A stretch of 40,532 nucleotides of DNA, taken from contig MU271504.1 in assembly GCA_021432655.1 (NCBI GenBank), forward strand, positions 11,639 through 52,170. The letters are read 5' to 3'. The stretch comes from Atractiella rhizophila (lineage: Eukaryota). Under the pieces are notes generated by a model. That model did not search any database, was not told where the DNA came from, and saw nothing but the letters and a program-made list of their open reading frames with translations. Each line of letters starts with the position of its first letter. The stretch's first letter is position 1. Shown here piece by piece: positions 37,812 through 40,532 of the stretch. Both the position numbers and the translations under genes were made by a program.

Positions 37812-39794
37812 TCAGCTCCGCATGGGAGCTGGGCTCTGTCTCCCCGATGGACTACTCATTCCACCTCCCCATCTACTTGTCGGTGTCTTTGCGCTATCTC
37901 GTCTTACGGGTGAGGGTTTCGACGACCCCTTGCTGGTTTTCATCTTGGCAGCGGAGGAGATGAGGTCCTACATTATATAAGCATTTGCTCTGAATTGGGA
38001 ACGATGAACACGTACGGAGATCATGCTGTTGTATGCCTCTCCGTCTTGCTGTTCTTTCTCCCTCAATTGCAAGGTCCAAGTAAGAAGGCTGCTGGTATTT
38101 CCCGACAGTGTGCTGATCTCTGCGTGAAGTTTCTTGAGGGATGGTAATGGCAACAGCAACAGTTCATCTGTCAACACAAACGCAGCAAAAGGGTCAGTTT
38201 CTTATCATCTCCACTTCCCAAATGAAGGAAGCTAAGAAGGAGCGAAACAAGTAGATAACGCACCCTCGTTAAGTTTGAGGATCTCTGCTATCCGACTCCT
38301 ATCGATCTCCGGCTTCTTACCCGCCGCACTCTCCTCCCTCTTCCGTGCAGGCACAGACGACGAAGCACCTCTCACCGGTGCACTCTTCTGACCACTCGCA
38401 CCTACACCACCAGCGCCAGCGACAGACGCCTCCGTCCGCCCGGTATCGATCTCCAACTTGCCCATTCTTCCACCTACATCCTCCAAAAAGTCCTCCAGGT
38501 TAACGGGTATGCCGAGCGCCTGGAGGTAGCTTCTGCGGGTCAAGCTGCGCTGGAAGGTGGTCACGCTGAGTGTGGAGTCGGGGGGAGAGGTGAGGTGTGT
38601 GAGGAGGGCTTTGGTGGATGGGGAGAGGGGTATGCGGGAGGGTGCACGGTCGGTCGTGAGGGAGGAAGAGAGGGTGGGGTAGAGAGTGGTGATTAGGGAA
38701 GACGTGAGGGGGAGCAGTGAGGTGTGTGTTAGTTCTGAGGGGAGCTTTAGGGGTGGTGAAGAGGGCGGTGGACGTGAGGCTGAAGGTGTCGGCTGTGGAT
38801 GGGACCGTGGCAGTCAGTCAAAGACCTGATTAGAAGAGAGAAAAGGGACAGCCTGAGGTAATGAAATATGGCGATCATAAATAGCTCTGAATACGCTTTC
38901 TTCAACGCTCGCAACACAAGCTTGCTCAGCGGATTGACAGATTGTTTGATTGGTATTCGTGTTATAATCATCTCAACCACTTCTCTCTAGCGGGAAACAC
39001 AAACAGCTTCCTCTACTCTAAACCCAACAAAATAGATCAGAAGCGGAACAACTCACTTGCGATGATCCTGCTCCTAAATCTCCCTCAACACGTCCCATGT
39101 CCATGCTCTCAAATCCATCTCCATTCCCAAAGTCTCCAAAGTCTCCAAAATCTCCAAAGTCGTCATCTCCACCAGCTACCTCTCCAAAACCATCATCCCC
39201 AAAATCGTCATCCGGAAACTCATCCATCGGCGGGTCCTGTCGACTTGTACTCGACAGATCCGAGGAAGGAGGAGGTAAAGAAAACAGTGCCGGTTTCGAC
39301 ACGTTTGTCGACGCAAGAGGCGTTTCTAGCGGTGCATCTACTTCTTCTTTCGATTCTTTGGATTCTGGCAACTGTGCAGGCGGCGTCGATGCTGATGAAT
39401 CGTCCGCCAATTTTGATGTGGTGGGTGGAGGCGAAGAAGGAGCGGTGGCCGCCTCTTCGAGAGGCAACGAATCGAGGGCCTCCTCAAACTCGTTATCTTC
39501 GTCCGTTGGACTACTTTCGCCACTCTCCAACTCCTCCACCTTCCTCTGCCCATGGCTCCTTGTCGAAAGCGTCAACTGTGCCGCTGGCGGTGCGACTGGA
39601 GAGGAAGAAGTGGACCAATCTGGACCATCGTCATCGTCCTCAAACGTCGTCCTTGCCTTGTCGGAATTCAGAGCATCGGACTTGGAGTTTAGAGAAGCTG
39701 GGATGGGTGATGAGAAAGTGGAGCTGAGATCGGGTTGTGGTGTGCTGAATGTTTCGGATGGCGAGGCCCAGGCGGCGGAGGGATCTTCGTACAT
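37812..39794 (-). CDS. Acidic, disordered DFGDF-motif protein, probable AP-1 accessory factor (Laa2/DUF5102-like); multi-exon
   Basis: Exon 1 contains DDDFGDDGFG and DDDFGDFGDFGDFG. Later exons give SYLQALGIPVNLEDF and LLTWTLQLREKEQQDGEAYNSMIS|DLISSAAK, ending PMRS* at 37812. Confidence 0.65.
38870..38978 (-). ncRNA. Probable intronic box C/D snoRNA guiding 18S rRNA 2'-O-methylation
   Basis: It lies in the 231-nt intron 39056-38826. Features: C-like box ATGATTA (38971-38965); guide CAATCTGTCAATCC (38944-38931), exactly antisense to the conserved 18S segment GGATTGACAGATTG; CTGA (38929-38926) one nt after the guide; terminal ATGA (38878-38875); flanking AGAGAGAA/TTCTCTCT stem. Confidence 0.72.
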
Positions 39795-40320
39795 ATTTGT
39801 CGATATCCTGAGCGAGGGACAACTGTGCCTAGATGTTTAGCTGTCGTTGCAGCTCTCTTGCGTGATTTTGTAGTCTTGTGCCTCCCTCGGCTCCCCCAAT
39901 CGGCTCCTCAGCGGTCGGAAAAGATCAGGCCACAACGATTTGGCGTGATCATTTTAGGATATGGATTGCGGAAAGGGATAGGCTGAGCAGGACTTATGGC
40001 TATTGGCGAAGTCTGATGCAGTTGCTTCACGTTCCGCTCACACTAGTCAGAAGTTCCAGCTGGTTTTCATGGTACCATTGCACAACTCCTCCTCATTTCA
40101 TCATAGCACCTTGTCTGTTAGGTGCCTGACAGGCTAATGGAGGTTCTATGTTGCACCGAGCGAAGACAGCATTTTGGAGTAGAAAGGTAGCCAATCTATC
40201 CATTTTAATCTCCCAAATCCGTCGCGGCCTGGTTGGATGCAAGAAGGCACTACTGTAGTCAAATTATGAAGCGAAGGTAAGTACATTTCTACAGCGCGAA
40301 TGTCCACATCGTGATTCCAA

Positions 40321-40527
40321 TCACGTTGAATACGGCGAGTACTTCCAATATCCCGAATACCTCATCGCGAACAGAGGCAACTAACAAAATCCCGCCAATC
40401 GCGTCGTCAGCAACTCTTAGAGCGATTGGAGGAGGGGAGATACATACGAGTATTTTGTTCAAGAACCAAGGAAGGGATGGCCACCATTTGTATTCCGGAG
40501 GCGTGTGGGATTTCGCAAAAGGCAGTC
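40321..40527 (-). CDS. Last two exons of a gene entering from the right edge; C-terminus resembles fungal hemerythrin (HHE)-domain proteins
   Basis: Exon 40527-40448 (LPFAKSHTPPEYKWWPSLPWFLNKIL), a 67-nt GT-AG intron with GCTGAC branch point, then exon 40380-40321 (LPLFAMRYSGYWKYSPYST*). The family call is tentative. Confidence 0.6.
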
Positions 40528-40532
40528 CTACG

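Noticed and set aside
38942..39840. Long plus-strand ORFs (261 and 247 aa)
   Set aside because: They are antisense shadows of the low-complexity first exon of the minus-strand DFGDF gene.
1..40532. Secondary-metabolite cluster or intact transposon
   Set aside because: There is no NRPS, PKS or terpene synthase, and no transposase, reverse transcriptase, LTR or TIR was recognised. The enzymes are interspersed with housekeeping genes.

Overview
This is eukaryotic DNA from an intron-rich fungus. The many 45-70 nt GT-AG introns with CTRAC/CTGAY branch points, the microexons and the gene set point to a basidiomycete. About 15 spliced genes can be traced in order: a 5'-truncated 4-coumarate-CoA-ligase-like acyl-CoA synthetase, a YPP1/TTC7-like TPR protein, a glutathionyl-hydroquinone reductase (ECM4/YqjG-type GST), the GRR1 F-box/LRR protein, an MFS siderophore transporter, a six-exon small secreted Cys-rich protein that the ORF track does not assemble, a DUF4140/DUF4139 protein, an SDR, a GH2 beta-mannosidase, an F-box protein, a BTB protein, VPS41, a DFGDF-motif (Laa2/DUF5102-like) protein, and the 3' end of one more gene. 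The most striking feature is a near-perfect internal copy of the histone H3 N-terminal tail (RTRQTARKSTGGKAARKQLA, 18/20 identical to H3 residues 2-21) in the DUF4139 protein, followed by an acidic insertion. Other notable items are a probable intronic box C/D snoRNA with a 14-nt complement to 18S rRNA, several unusually long first introns (one clearly structured), an exact 957-bp tandem duplication and a 52-bp tandem repeat. Family assignments come from recognised motifs, not database searches.
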